Shown here: one piece after another, positions 36,673 through 47,531 of the stretch
How positions within the stretch are numbered: the first letter of the stretch is position 1
Layout of the letters: every line of letters begins with the position of its first letter
NCBI GenBank assembly: GCA_040755455.1
Contig: JBFMAY010000021.1
Span: 1 to 64,000 of the forward strand
Direction of reading: 5' to 3'
DNA: 64,000 nucleotides
Source of the DNA: Thermodesulfobacteriota bacterium
GTDB taxonomy: Bacteria; Desulfobacterota; Desulfobulbia; Desulfobulbales; SURF-16
Position numbers and translations under genes: made by a program
The notes under the pieces: model-generated
Told to the model about the DNA's origin: nothing
Databases searched by the model: none
The model's input: only the letters and a program-made list of their open reading frames with translations

Positions 36673-38667
36673 TCACCAGTTCTCGAACACCGAAGTGCCC
36701 CGGCTGCGGAACCTCTCCGCCATGCTGCCCGTCACCCAGCGCGCGGCCCCCACCGTCCGCTGGGCCGGGTCCCAGCAGGCATAGCGGATGTTCACCGGCG
36801 TGTCAAAGAGACGCTTGGAGGCATCCACCGGATGCTGCTGGCTCAGCACCGTTTCCCGCATCAGGCACGGCGGGGCAAGGGGGCTGGAGTTGTCCACATG
36901 GAAGGCGTCGGGCAGGACGTGGCCGGCCTCATGGGGATAGGCCCAGGGCCAGTTGTCGCCCGCGTCCATGAAATCCCGGGCCATGACAAAGCAGGCCCAG
37001 CGCATGGGGGAATCGGCCCGGTAGTCGGCGCGCAGATCCGTGTGGGGGTTGAGGCCGAGCCCGCCGAAGGTGGTGAACTCACGGCAGATATAAAAATCAA
37101 GCCGGTCGTCGGTGCCGGGAGCGGCGCGGATCAGCCGCCGCAGGTCGGGATTGAGCACCGGCAGCGAATTGGGAAGCGCCCCGTTGACGTTGGTGATGTT
37201 GACCCGGGCCACATCAACGGTGATGCCGGCGCCAGGCGTCAGGTTCTCGTTTTCGATCATGACCCGCCTGCCATCGGTGCGGGTGATGAGAATATCATAG
37301 GAGCGGTTGGTGGCGGTAAAGGCCCGGGCGTTGGCAAAGGACTGGGCCGCGAAGATATTGCCCCGCAGCGCCCCCACCGCGGCGACAATGGCCGTGGCAA
37401 CCTGCTCCGGCGTCCAGCTGAGAGTAAGATTGACCGTGACCGTGGGCCGGGCGTCGGCCGCGGTCAACCCCGCCCCGGTGGCGGCGGTTTCGGCGGCGGC
37501 AACGTCAGCGGGGGGCAGCCCCAGCCGGAATGACAGCCGGTAGGGCCCGCCGACGGCGGAAACCGGTCTGCCGTGCTCCTGACTGATGGTGAGCATGTTG
37601 TCAGGGGGCGGGTCAAGAAACTCAATAACCGGGGCCCCTACCCGGCAGGGGACAAACCTGGGGGCCAGACTGATCTGGGCATAGGCCCGGCGGAACCATT
37701 TCATGGTCCGGTAGCGGATATTCTGCTCGGTGATACCCGCGGCATTGCCCCCCCCCACCGCCTCCTTGAAGACATGCACGCACAGCTTGATCCGGCGGCG
37801 GGCCGCCTCCTCCATGGGCAACTCAGACACCACCCGGCATTTCTGCTGACCGGCCGGGGCGGGACAGTTGCGCAGCTCGTAGGTGGCGCGGACCCGCTGG
37901 TCGAGGATCTCCAGATGATCATTGGCGCCATTGTTGCCGTCCGCCAGATCCGAGATCAGCAGGCCCTGGGCCGTGCCGTCGGTACGTTTGGGGTTGCCGG
38001 ACAGGGCGGCGAAATCCTGGTCGTCAACCACCAGCCGCAGGTAGCGGGAGCGGTAGCGGGTGCTGCTCCTGGCGCTCATCTGCTGGCAGGCCACGATGAT
38101 ACTGCGCATGCCGGCATCGGCGTCGCCCGCGGCAAACTGGTTATAGACGACGTTGGCGGGATCGATACTGCCGTCAGCCGCATACACCGGTTTGAGGGCC
38201 TCCAGGGTCACATTGACGGAATTGCCGCCGGCCTGCGGGTCCACCACCTCGATCTTGAAGCTGTCCGGATCGGCATGGCCGTTGGCATTAAATCCGAAAC
38301 CATTGGGGAAGGCGCTGGTGCCGTTTGTTCCCCCCTGGTTGCTGACATAATTGCTGATATTGACAAAGGTTAACGATCTGTCACTGGCAGCCGGCGCCCA
38401 CTGGGAACCGTGGACAATGCGGATCGCCGGCGCGGGAATGCCCCAGCGCCGGAAGATGTGCTGCACCTCCACATCCCGGCCGCCTTCGTTGCGCCGCTCG
38501 ATGAGCGGCACCCGGACCACATCGCCCTCGCGCAGGGGGCGGTTGCGGAACGGCTCGTTCTCCGCCACCTCCCGCAGCCGCAGGCAGTTCACGTAACCGA
38601 AGCGGGCGGCTATGCCGCACAGGGTGTCGCCGTCACTTGCATTCACATTCTGAAATTCATCAGCCAT
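36673..38667 (-). CDS. candidate T6SS effector: N-terminal LysM-like domain plus zinc-metallopeptidase motif
   Basis: GDTLCGIAARFG...LREGDVVRVP and HEAGHVLPDAFH. No signal peptide; follows vgrG. Confidence 0.7.
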   Translation of the reverse strand: MADEFQNVNASDGDTLCGIAARFGYVNCLRLREVAENEPFRNRPLREGDVVRVPLIERRNEGGRDVEVQHIFRRWGIPAPAIRIVHGSQWAPAASDRSLTFVNISNYVSNQGGTNGTSAFPNGFGFNANGHADPDSFKIEVVDPQAGGNSVNVTLEALKPVYAADGSIDPANVVYNQFAAGDADAGMRSIIVACQQMSARSSTRYRSRYLRLVVDDQDFAALSGNPKRTDGTAQGLLISDLADGNNGANDHLEILDQRVRATYELRNCPAPAGQQKCRVVSELPMEEAARRRIKLCVHVFKEAVGGGNAAGITEQNIRYRTMKWFRRAYAQISLAPRFVPCRVGAPVIEFLDPPPDNMLTISQEHGRPVSAVGGPYRLSFRLGLPPADVAAAETAATGAGLTAADARPTVTVNLTLSWTPEQVATAIVAAVGALRGNIFAAQSFANARAFTATNRSYDILITRTDGRRVMIENENLTPGAGITVDVARVNITNVNGALPNSLPVLNPDLRRLIRAAPGTDDRLDFYICREFTTFGGLGLNPHTDLRADYRADSPMRWACFVMARDFMDAGDNWPWAYPHEAGHVLPDAFHVDNSSPLAPPCLMRETVLSQQHPVDASKRLFDTPVNIRYACWDPAQRTVGAARWVTGSMAERFRSRGTSVFENW

Positions 38668-38703
38668 CAGCTCAAATCTCCATGCACCGCTGAAGCCGGG
38701 GCC

Positions 38704-41085
38704 CTATTTGGGCTCCCACGCCTCCCGGTCAAGATTGGGGAATGTCACTTCGCAGGTGCCAGGATCAATGCCGTTCACCCGGGCGAAGCCATTGCCATCC
38801 AAGGTGCCGTCCACCAGCGAGCCATCGGGCAGCTTGATCTGGTAGCGCTCGCCGGGCACGGGCAGTCCCGCCTGATCCTCCAGCTTGATCTCCACCCAGC
38901 TCTTCTTCAGCTCCTTTTCCGCCTGGCTCTGGGGCGGCTTGTAGGGCCTGGCCGGTTGCGCCCCGTATTTGCCGGTCTGTTTCGCCACCTGTTCTTCCTT
39001 GATCTTGGCCATGGCGCCCGGATCGGCCACATCGGCCTCCTGGGCCGGGTCCGGGGCGACCGGGGTAATGGCGCTGCCGGCCGAACCGGAGGCGGGAGGC
39101 GATCCGGGGCCGGAATTGATCATGGTCATGGTGCCGTCCAGGGTGACCTTGAGCCCGGAAACGGTGACCCCGGCCTGATCGATGACCACGCTGCTGCCGC
39201 CGCATTTCAAGGTGATGCCCTGCATCGCCTCGATGACCACGCCCATGGCGTTCAGGTAGTAACTGCCCTGGGTGTCCTCGGAGTGGCCGGCCTTGAAGAC
39301 CTCGGCCACATCGCCGTCCACCGTGAGCGAAAGGCTGCCCCCCACCGCCCTGGCCTCCTTGCCGGCGACCTTGACATGGAGGTCCTTGCCGATCTGCTCC
39401 TTGTGGTCGGCGCCCACCTCCACATTGCGGTTGTTCTCCACCTTGACGAAATGATCGGTCTTGACAATCAGGTGGCGGTTCTGCCCCACCCATTCAAAAC
39501 AGTCCTTCACGATACGGATATCCTGGTTCTTGGCCGCGTGGATGAACAGCTGCTCCTCCCCCTTCTTGTCCTCGAAACGGATCTCGTTAAAGGCGCCGCC
39601 GCCTTGCGAGGTGTTGGATTTGAAGGTGCTCTTGGTCTTCTCGTCCGGCAGCTTGTAAGGCGGGAGATTGGTGCCGTGGTAAACCTGGCCGGTGATGATC
39701 GGCCGGTCCGGATCACCCTCGATGAACTCGACAATCACCTCATGGCCGACCCGGGGCAGAAACACGGCCCCCCAGCTGTTGCCGGCCATTGACTGGCTGA
39801 CCCGCAGCCAGCAGGAGCTGTTTTCGTTGCGCTGCCCCTCCCGGTCCCAGTGGAACTGCACCTTGACCCGGCCCAGGTTGTCAGTGTAGATCTCCTCACC
39901 GGACGGCCCGACGACAATGGCGGTCTGCACCCCTTCCACCACCGGCCGGCGGGTGCTGCGCACCGGCCGGAACGGCACCTCATGGGGGATGCACTGGAAC
40001 TCATTGGTGTAGGCGATCTGCGCCTCCGCGCCCGCCTGCCCGCCACCGATATAGGTTCCTTCCTGTCTTGCCTCATGGGTGACGGCGGTGAGCACATAAT
40101 CCTTGTCATTCATGTCCGCGCGGAAATAGTCCTGCAGCCGGAAGCGGCAGCCGCTGCTGAAGGCCCGGCAGTTGCCGGCGCCGCTTAAGGTGGTGATCTG
40201 CGCTTCCTCCTCCTCCATGCGGATGGTGGCCAGATGGTCTCCCTCCTGGCGCTTGGCGTATTGGCCCGGATAATCATAAATTTCCCGCTCCCCCGGCCCC
40301 AGCACATGTTTGGCATCCACCGAAACCTTGAGATCGGCATTGGGGATCTCATAATTGAAGTCGTTGATGCTGTACTTGCCGGCCCGGATCTCCTTGGCCA
40401 CCTTGAGGCTGGCCACCATGTCCTCCTCCAGGGGGCTGCCGCCGCTGAGGCGGCAGCGGGCCGTCTCCTGGCCGGGGCAGGGCTTGTGCTCCACCGGCGA
40501 GTCGGCCAGCACCAGGGTATGTTTCTTATCCTCGTGCTCGAAAAAGTAGCAGATCCCCTCTTCCTCCAGCAGCCGGGAAATAAAGTTGAAATCGGTCTCC
40601 CGGTACTGCACGGTGTAGTCCCTTGCCTCGTAGGTGCCGCTGAGGCGCACGCTGTAATCGGCAAAGCCGTGGTCGGCGAAAATCTTTTTGACAATGTCCG
40701 GCACCGACAGCTTCTGGAAGATGCGGGAATCCGCCGTCCTGGACAAAAACCAGAACCAGGGCACCATGGTGGCGCGGTAGCGGGAAAACTGCAGGGAGCT
40801 TGCCTGCTCGTCCATGCCCTGCTCATGGCTGAACCGGGCGATGAAGCCGTTGAAGTAGCGGCGGCTGCCGTCGGCCAGAAAAAGGGAGACCGTGACATTC
40901 TCGCCGATGATTTTTTCAAAGGAGATATTATGAAATTCGGAAAAGAGTTCCAGTTCAAAGCGGAAAAGATGGGACAATCCCTCGCTGCCCTGGAAACGGG
41001 CAAGCAGCAGCACGTCCTCGCCGAGAGGGGTGTTGATGGCAAGAAGTCGATTTTCCTGAGTGTAAATGCCCCCCCCGTTTGACAT
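38704..41085 (-). CDS. vgrG: type VI secretion spike VgrG (TssI) with C-terminal extension
   Basis: VQYRETDFNFISRLLEEEG, GRVKVQFHWDR, PRVGHEVIVEFIEGDPDRP and NEIRFED. Confidence 0.97.
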   Translation of the reverse strand: MSNGGGIYTQENRLLAINTPLGEDVLLLARFQGSEGLSHLFRFELELFSEFHNISFEKIIGENVTVSLFLADGSRRYFNGFIARFSHEQGMDEQASSLQFSRYRATMVPWFWFLSRTADSRIFQKLSVPDIVKKIFADHGFADYSVRLSGTYEARDYTVQYRETDFNFISRLLEEEGICYFFEHEDKKHTLVLADSPVEHKPCPGQETARCRLSGGSPLEEDMVASLKVAKEIRAGKYSINDFNYEIPNADLKVSVDAKHVLGPGEREIYDYPGQYAKRQEGDHLATIRMEEEEAQITTLSGAGNCRAFSSGCRFRLQDYFRADMNDKDYVLTAVTHEARQEGTYIGGGQAGAEAQIAYTNEFQCIPHEVPFRPVRSTRRPVVEGVQTAIVVGPSGEEIYTDNLGRVKVQFHWDREGQRNENSSCWLRVSQSMAGNSWGAVFLPRVGHEVIVEFIEGDPDRPIITGQVYHGTNLPPYKLPDEKTKSTFKSNTSQGGGAFNEIRFEDKKGEEQLFIHAAKNQDIRIVKDCFEWVGQNRHLIVKTDHFVKVENNRNVEVGADHKEQIGKDLHVKVAGKEARAVGGSLSLTVDGDVAEVFKAGHSEDTQGSYYLNAMGVVIEAMQGITLKCGGSSVVIDQAGVTVSGLKVTLDGTMTMINSGPGSPPASGSAGSAITPVAPDPAQEADVADPGAMAKIKEEQVAKQTGKYGAQPARPYKPPQSQAEKELKKSWVEIKLEDQAGLPVPGERYQIKLPDGSLVDGTLDGNGFARVNGIDPGTCEVTFPNLDREAWEPK

Positions 41086-41145
41086 GATCTCACCCCGTTT
41101 CAGGTTGAAGTGGCTGAAGTGTGTGCGCTCCAAGAACTCATCTCT

Positions 41146-41224
41146 CGGGGCAGGAGCGGGCCTTGGCCGCGCTCACCGTGTTTCCGCAATGCAAAGGTCG
41201 CGGGCATGGCCCGCTCCTGCCCCG
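41146..41224. repeat. REP doublet (GTAG/GCAG-GAGCG family)
   Basis: Perfect 17-bp inverted repeat CGGGGCAGGAGCGGGCC / GGCCCGCTCCTGCCCCG; related to 50057-50127, including the TTCCGCAAT spacer. Confidence 0.75.
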
Positions 41225-41607
41225 GAATGACTTCAAATCATCTGATATGTTTGTGATACCAAAGCCCTTCAGTCGTTGTCAATAGAGAAAAAGATAAACA
41301 ACATATTGAGATCATCAGAAATTTTCAAAAATGAATATCCATTCAGCCCGGCATAATGAAAAATGGCGAAAACCGCCGGGCATTACATCCGCCAATTGCC
41401 TTTTGCCGGCATTTATGCTTAATGTAACAGGATATCAGCTAACCCCCATCTCCGCAATCGGGCACAACGAATAATGAAAGTCTCGCGGGGTAGGAGCGGC
41501 CGGCACAACAAGACAGGAAAGAGACTTTCATATAAACAATTCACAGCGCGCCAGGCCTGCGTTACAGCAGCGCCTTGGCGAGCTGCAATGAACCAGGAAA
41601 GCAAGCC

Positions 41608-43950
41608 GTGACCGAATCAAGCCGCACCTATGTCCTGCCGGTTTTACCCCTGAAAAACGCCGTGGTGTTCCCCTATGTGGCAATGCCTATTTCCATCAAC
41701 CGCACCGCTTCGGTGGCGGCGGTTGAAGAGGCCCTGTCCACCAAGAACAAGATGCTGGCGGTCTTCGCCCAGCGGGACGCAACCATAGAAAGTCCCCGCA
41801 TCAAGGATCTGCATGCGGTCGGTTCATCGGCCGTCGTCAAACTCATCGCCCGCTCCGAGTCCATGGTGCAGATTATCATCCAGGCGGTGGAACGGGTGGA
41901 GATCGCCGAGACGGAACAGACCACCCCCTTTCTCAAGGCCCGAGTCCGCACATTGCCCATGCCCATGGAGCAGGGCATTGAGGTTGAGGCGCTGCAGCGG
42001 GAGATCATGGAATTGACGGGCAGGTATTTTGCCCTGGGCCATCCGGAAGTGCAGGTGAACTTCCCCCAGTTCGTCGCGCCTGGCGAGGATTTCCTGCAGC
42101 TGCTCTATCCGCTGGGCCAGCTCATGGCCCTTGATGTCAAAAGCGCCCAGGCCCTGCTGGAGGCGCCCACAGTCACCGCCGCCATGCGCATTATCCGCAG
42201 CCACCTCAACCATGAGATCCAGATCCTTGAGGTGCGCAAGAAAATTGCCAGCGATGCCCAGTCCGAACTCAGCAAGGAGCAGCGCAACTACATTCTGCGC
42301 CAGCAGATGCAGGCCATCCAGAAGGAACTGGGCGAAAAGGGCTCGGCGGAAGCGGATCTGGCCGAACTGCAGAAAAAGCTGGAAGAGGCGAAACTGCCGG
42401 AAAATGTCCATGAAGAGGTGAAACGGGAACTGTCCCGTCTCGGCCAGATCCCCACCATCTCGCCGGAATACCAGGTGGCCCGAGCCCACCTCGACCTCAT
42501 TTTCGAACTGCCGTGGCACAAGGCCACCACGGACAATCTCAATCTGGCCAATGCCAGAAACGTGCTGGATGAGGACCATTACGGCCTCAAGGAGGTCAAG
42601 GAGCGGATCATCGAGCAGCTGGCCGTCATGAAGCTGAACCCGGAGGCCAAGGCGCCGATCCTGTGCTTTGTCGGCCCGCCCGGTGTCGGGAAAACCTCGT
42701 TGGGCCAGTCCATCGCCAGGGCACTGGGAAGAAAGTTCGAACGCTTCAGCCTGGGCGGCATGCATGACGAGGCGGAGCTGCGCGGCCACCGCCGCACTTA
42801 CATCGGCGCCATGCCGGGCCGCATCATCCAGGCCATGCGCCGCTCAGGGGTGCTGAACCCCCTGGTGATGCTTGATGAAATCGACAAGCTGGGCCGGGAT
42901 TTCCACGGCGATCCCTCCGCGGCCCTGATGGAGATCCTTGATCCGGCCCAGAACTGCGCCTTCCGGGACAACTATCTTGACCTGCCATTTGATCTCTCCA
43001 GGGTGTTTTTCATCACCACCGCAAATACCGTTGACACCATCCCCAAGCCCCTGCTTGACCGCATGGAGCTGATGCATCTCTCCGGCTACAGCGACGAGGA
43101 GAAGATGGAAATCGCCCATCACTATCTCTTTCCCCGCCAGCGCAAGGAAGCGGGCCTCGGCGAGGGCCAGTTTGTCGTGCCGGATGCGACCCTGGCCGCG
43201 GTCATCCGCCGTTATACCCGGGAGGCCGGGGTCCGGGAACTGGAAAGGATGCTGGGCCGGCTGGCCCGCAAGGCGGCCATCCGTTTCGCCGAAGGCCGGG
43301 TTGAGCCGGTCACGGTGCAGCTTGACAATCTGCTGGATATGCTGGGGCCGGAACGTTTTTTTGTGGAGAAACTGCGCCGGGATCTGCCGGCCGGCGTGGC
43401 CACCGGCCTGGCCTGGACCGAGGCGGGCGGCGACGTGCTCTATATCGAGGCCATCGACCTGCCCCGAGGGGAGAAATTCACCCTGACCGGCCATCTCGGC
43501 GAGGTGATGAAGGAATCGGCCATGGCGGCCAACAGCTACATCCTCTCCCATGGCGAGGCGCTGGGCATCAAAAAACCGAAGGGCACCGTGCATATCCATG
43601 TGCCGGCAGGGGCCATTCCCAAGGACGGACCTTCAGCCGGGGTGACCATGGCGGCGGCCCTGGCCTCGCTCTACAGCAGACTGCCGGTGCGCAGCGATAC
43701 GGCCATGACCGGGGAAATCACCCTAAGCGGCCTGGTGCTGCCGGTGGGCGGCATCAAGGACAAGGTGCTGGCGGCCCGGCGGGCAAGCATCCACCGGGTC
43801 ATTCTGCCCGGCGAGAACGAGAAGGATCTGCACGATCTGCCTGATTATGTGCGCCGGGAGATGGAATTCATCTTTGTCGAGCGCATCGAAGAGGTGCTCA
43901 AGGCCGCCATTCCGGATCTGGTCGCCGCGGAGGTGAGCCACAGGGGCTGA
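41608..43950 (+). CDS. lon: ATP-dependent protease La (Lon)
   Basis: Lon N-domain, [15 protein letters not shown] and the catalytic PKDGPSAG. Confidence 0.97.
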   Translation: MTESSRTYVLPVLPLKNAVVFPYVAMPISINRTASVAAVEEALSTKNKMLAVFAQRDATIESPRIKDLHAVGSSAVVKLIARSESMVQIIIQAVERVEIAETEQTTPFLKARVRTLPMPMEQGIEVEALQREIMELTGRYFALGHPEVQVNFPQFVAPGEDFLQLLYPLGQLMALDVKSAQALLEAPTVTAAMRIIRSHLNHEIQILEVRKKIASDAQSELSKEQRNYILRQQMQAIQKELGEKGSAEADLAELQKKLEEAKLPENVHEEVKRELSRLGQIPTISPEYQVARAHLDLIFELPWHKATTDNLNLANARNVLDEDHYGLKEVKERIIEQLAVMKLNPEAKAPILCFVGPPGVGKTSLGQSIARALGRKFERFSLGGMHDEAELRGHRRTYIGAMPGRIIQAMRRSGVLNPLVMLDEIDKLGRDFHGDPSAALMEILDPAQNCAFRDNYLDLPFDLSRVFFITTANTVDTIPKPLLDRMELMHLSGYSDEEKMEIAHHYLFPRQRKEAGLGEGQFVVPDATLAAVIRRYTREAGVRELERMLGRLARKAAIRFAEGRVEPVTVQLDNLLDMLGPERFFVEKLRRDLPAGVATGLAWTEAGGDVLYIEAIDLPRGEKFTLTGHLGEVMKESAMAANSYILSHGEALGIKKPKGTVHIHVPAGAIPKDGPSAGVTMAAALASLYSRLPVRSDTAMTGEITLSGLVLPVGGIKDKVLAARRASIHRVILPGENEKDLHDLPDYVRREMEFIFVERIEEVLKAAIPDLVAAEVSHRG

Positions 43951-44000
43951 CAGTCGGCGCAAAAACAATGATCCGGCCGCAAGGCGCAATGCCCGCCTGA

Positions 44001-45059
44001 TCAGTCCCTGGTGGGACTGGTTCCCGCGAATATCTCATCAAGAGGCAGATCCGGATAGATGCGCTTGGCGCACTCGGGGCAGACGCTGTGGCTGAACTGC
44101 GCGTCGGAATGATCCCGGATATAGGTCTCGATTTGCTTCCAGTACCCTTTATCATCGCGGATCTTCTTGCAGGAGGAACAGATGGGCAGAAAGCCGCTGA
44201 GCGTCTTCACCTGGGCCAGGGCGGCCTCCAGACTGTCCTTTTTTTCCTGCAGCGCGGCTTCGATGCGCCGGCGCTCGGTAAGCTCGCCGGCCAGACGGTC
44301 ATAGGCCGCCTGCAGCTTGCTGGTGCGTTCGACCACGACCTCCTCGAGATGGGCCTTGTGCTCGGTCAATTCGATGTTTATCTCCCGCAGCTCGCCAGTA
44401 TAAGCCCGGAAAAAGTTCCTGAAGAGGATAACAAACGGCAGGGAACTGAGGAAGAAATAGACTGCCGTGAGGATGGAGATGACCAGGTCATGCCGCATGA
44501 TGGCGGCCAAATTCTGGATCTGGTAATCGGCGCAGGCGAGATAGGTCCTCCCGCCGGGCGAGGTCTGGGGCAGGGCGATGGATCGGAACCGGCCCCACTG
44601 GTCCGCGTAATTGACAAACACCGTCTTTTTCTCCCGCAAGGCCTCGACGAAACCGGCCGGCACATCATCATAGGGATAGAAATACCAGGATTTTCTCTCC
44701 CTGGCCTCCTCTTCGGTTACGGTGGGGGCGGAAAAATAGAATTTCCCGTCCTGTTCGATCAGGGTGTAGACATAGGTGAAGTCGGTATCATCCGCATAGC
44801 CGGTGATGGCCTTGCGGTTTTGCAGCTCTTCGGCAAAGGAGATGGAGTCCTGGTTGATGGCCCGGTCGTGAAAATCCGGGGCGAGCATGAATTTCAACGC
44901 CTTGGCCGCCAGCAGCAGCTGCTGGTCAATCTCCGCAAGCACGATATGTCTATGACGTTGGTTGGACCACGAAGTGTAGCCCAGCACGGCCGCAACATAA
45001 AATACCAGGCAGAGAGCCAGGTAAAGGGTATATCTGCCCCGTTTTTGTTTGTCGATCAT
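44001..45059 (-). CDS. membrane sensor (Cache-like) with coiled coil and C-terminal Cys4 module
   Basis: 2 TM flank a periplasmic domain (YADQWG); C-terminal LPICSSCKKIRDDKGYW...FSHSVCPEC. Confidence 0.75.
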   Translation of the reverse strand: MIDKQKRGRYTLYLALCLVFYVAAVLGYTSWSNQRHRHIVLAEIDQQLLLAAKALKFMLAPDFHDRAINQDSISFAEELQNRKAITGYADDTDFTYVYTLIEQDGKFYFSAPTVTEEEARERKSWYFYPYDDVPAGFVEALREKKTVFVNYADQWGRFRSIALPQTSPGGRTYLACADYQIQNLAAIMRHDLVISILTAVYFFLSSLPFVILFRNFFRAYTGELREINIELTEHKAHLEEVVVERTSKLQAAYDRLAGELTERRRIEAALQEKKDSLEAALAQVKTLSGFLPICSSCKKIRDDKGYWKQIETYIRDHSDAQFSHSVCPECAKRIYPDLPLDEIFAGTSPTRD

Positions 45060-45181
45060 AAAATCTCCCGTCCTTGTGACGCAACCATATAACAGTTCTA
45101 TCACAAAGCAGAAGATTCCGGCAAATCGATAAAGGCGGGTGGAGAGGAAAAAGGGAAGGGGAACGAGTCAGCATTTATTCT

Positions 45182-45769
45182 TTATTCCTGCCATTTCCCG
45201 AAGACTGCATATAACTCCTCCACCAAGCGCTTCAAGGATGGATCGTTCCGGGCAGCCCGCTTTATGTCCATGGCCTGAACTATATCCTCCGAAAATTCAA
45301 TGCCGCCAAGACTCGGGGTAATACCTGTCTCAAGGATTGCTTCAATCAACAATTTTTTGTAGCGCGCTCTCTCGCATTTCTGGTCCGGGGCTTTACAGCC
45401 TCGTCCGAAAACAGCCTTAAAAGCCCCTGAATCCAACAACAGCCAACGTTCAATATGCGGATCAGGCACAGCGCAGATGAGCTTACCAGGTATATCTCCC
45501 GTAACGCTGCCTATTTCCTTCAACCTATCATTCATGCCCTTGCAGTTGGCATCGGTTGCCACCACGACCAGATCAGGGAAACCGGCCTGGTCCCGCTGCA
45601 AATCCCGCAGGAACTGCTTAAGTTCACGGATGACGGCCCCATGACCACGCCGGACATTTAGCCAACGAAGCTGAACCTCAATGCCGCATTCCTTTGCCAG
45701 CCGGGAAATGAGCGCCCCAAGAAATGACTGATGGGCGTGGTCTTCCACAAAAAGGGCAATCTCACGCAT
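45182..45769 (-). CDS. TOPRIM-like protein (DUF4276-like), partner of the ATPase
   Basis: IALFVED, VVATDAN and IERWLLLD. The start overlaps the end of the ATPase gene. Confidence 0.65.
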   Translation of the reverse strand: MREIALFVEDHAHQSFLGALISRLAKECGIEVQLRWLNVRRGHGAVIRELKQFLRDLQRDQAGFPDLVVVATDANCKGMNDRLKEIGSVTGDIPGKLICAVPDPHIERWLLLDSGAFKAVFGRGCKAPDQKCERARYKKLLIEAILETGITPSLGGIEFSEDIVQAMDIKRAARNDPSLKRLVEELYAVFGKWQE

Positions 45770-47099
45770 CAAAGTCACCCCTCAATATTCGTTCGGACGG
45801 AGTAAGCTCTTCATCATCTGAGGGGGCAAATTCTTCATCAAACGATTTGTCGATATCAGTCCTGCGGCCCAGAGGACCCCATGTGGTAAAGCGTGTGATA
45901 CTTGTCTTGTCTCCTGTCTTTTTGCAGACAAACAGGGATTCATCAGGCGTCAGATCTGGGAGAAGAGGCGAGTGGGTGGTGACAATGTACTGTGTTCCGC
46001 CAAGCGATGCCCTGGTCTTCAGGAGATCGGCAACCATCCGGATTCGACGGGGATGTATACCGTTTTCCGGCTCCTCGAAACCTATCAAGGCAGGTTGCTC
46101 TTTCGCCCCGGCCAAGGCAAGAAGGCCAAGAATCCGCAAAGTTCCTTCCGAGAGGATACGGGCCGGCATAGGCACGCCGTTTTCCTTTAGTTTCAGTTCT
46201 ACTTCGCCCAGGTCGTTGACGCCGACATCAATGCCATCCACGTTGGGCATAATGGTATGGAGAGCCTTCTCCACAGCCATGAACTGGCGGGGCTGCAGAG
46301 TCTGGAGGGTATTCAGAAAGGATGCCAGTTCTTCCCCCATCAAACCGATGTGTCGCACCTCTTTGACCGGATTGGCCGCCCGCATACGTTCCCGTGGCTC
46401 GAAATAAAAAAAGAACCAGCTCTCCAGTTCCTTGCGCATGGCCACCAGGTGCGGATAGTGGGGCGGGTAATTCGGCAGGGACAGGATGCTGTGATCCAGA
46501 TAGCGCTCGTAATAAGTGGGATGGGCCTGCCCTTCCATACGCAGGTGGAGTTTATTACCCTTCCTGGAAAGAAACGGCTGCCGTTTGCCGGTAGGCTCCC
46601 CATCCTTATTAAGGGCCGCAAGGTATTCTTCTGCCACCCGCAATATGCCGGACTTCGGCAGAATCTCGATCTCGATGCGGTAGCGCAGATTTTTCTCCCG
46701 CACAGTGGGCAGCTTCTTTGAAAGAATGTCTTCGGCTGCCGAGTCATCTTCATTGGGAATGGTTCTTTTCATCTCCCGAATCTGCCGGTTAACCCCCTCA
46801 ATTATTGCGGCAGAGAGTTCCACATCCACCTCAATGCTGAAACTCGAACGCTCAGCACTAAGTAAGCCTTTGATACCCTCTGCCCCGAAAAAAAAAGATT
46901 CCAGAGGTTTACCCCGGTAGGGGGGATCAAAAGCATCCTTGAGCGTCCTGCTGGTGGCGATCTTGGAAAGAAGCTGCAGAGCGTCAAGAAAATTGCTTTT
47001 CCCCGCCCCATTGGGGCCAAAAAGAACGGAAAGAGGTTGCAACCTGACCTCAACATCGGTCAAGGACTTGTATCCTGAAATCTTGATCCGCTTCAACAT
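45762..47099 (-). CDS. ABC/AAA_21-type ATPase
   Basis: GYKSL, GPNGAGKSN, signature LSEGT, Walker B FEEPENGIHP and H-loop TTHSP. Confidence 0.9.
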   Translation of the reverse strand: MLKRIKISGYKSLTDVEVRLQPLSVLFGPNGAGKSNFLDALQLLSKIATSRTLKDAFDPPYRGKPLESFFFGAEGIKGLLSAERSSFSIEVDVELSAAIIEGVNRQIREMKRTIPNEDDSAAEDILSKKLPTVREKNLRYRIEIEILPKSGILRVAEEYLAALNKDGEPTGKRQPFLSRKGNKLHLRMEGQAHPTYYERYLDHSILSLPNYPPHYPHLVAMRKELESWFFFYFEPRERMRAANPVKEVRHIGLMGEELASFLNTLQTLQPRQFMAVEKALHTIMPNVDGIDVGVNDLGEVELKLKENGVPMPARILSEGTLRILGLLALAGAKEQPALIGFEEPENGIHPRRIRMVADLLKTRASLGGTQYIVTTHSPLLPDLTPDESLFVCKKTGDKTSITRFTTWGPLGRRTDIDKSFDEEFAPSDDEELTPSERILRGDFDA

Positions 47100-47226
47100 G
47101 ACATACTCTCCATTCATTGTGACCCGGCTTCGCCGCCAAGGAAACATCATCTTCGGATGATGATTACCGATTTTTGATGAATTTACTCCCCAAAGTTTTC
47201 CAACCGAAATAGCCGGTGCGGCAAAG

Positions 47227-47461
47227 CTATTTCATTTTCGAGGGCAATTTGATCGTCTCCCCGGCCACCATGAAGACGCCCTTGCCGCGATGATGGATGG
47301 TGCGCGGCTCAGCAACGGCGGGGTTGATCCAGGCCTTGACCACCTCAAGAATAAAGAGGTTGTAGGCGGCGAGCATCTGCCCGGGCCGTGCTGACCAGCA
47401 CCACCGGCCCCGGCTCAAGCAGGCCGTAGACCTTGGCCAGGGGAAATGTTTTTTTCGCCAT
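47227..47461 (-). pseudogene. flavin-reductase-family pseudogene with internal deletion
   Basis: N-part MAKKTFPLAKVYGLLEPGPVVLVST is joined out of frame to C-part YNLFILEVVKAW...TIHHRGKGVF. Confidence 0.75.
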
Positions 47462-47531
47462 CTCTCCACCTCCGTTAGTATATCTGCAAAAGCTGTGCGG
47501 CTACACTACAGTATTGCCCAGCCCGTGACGC

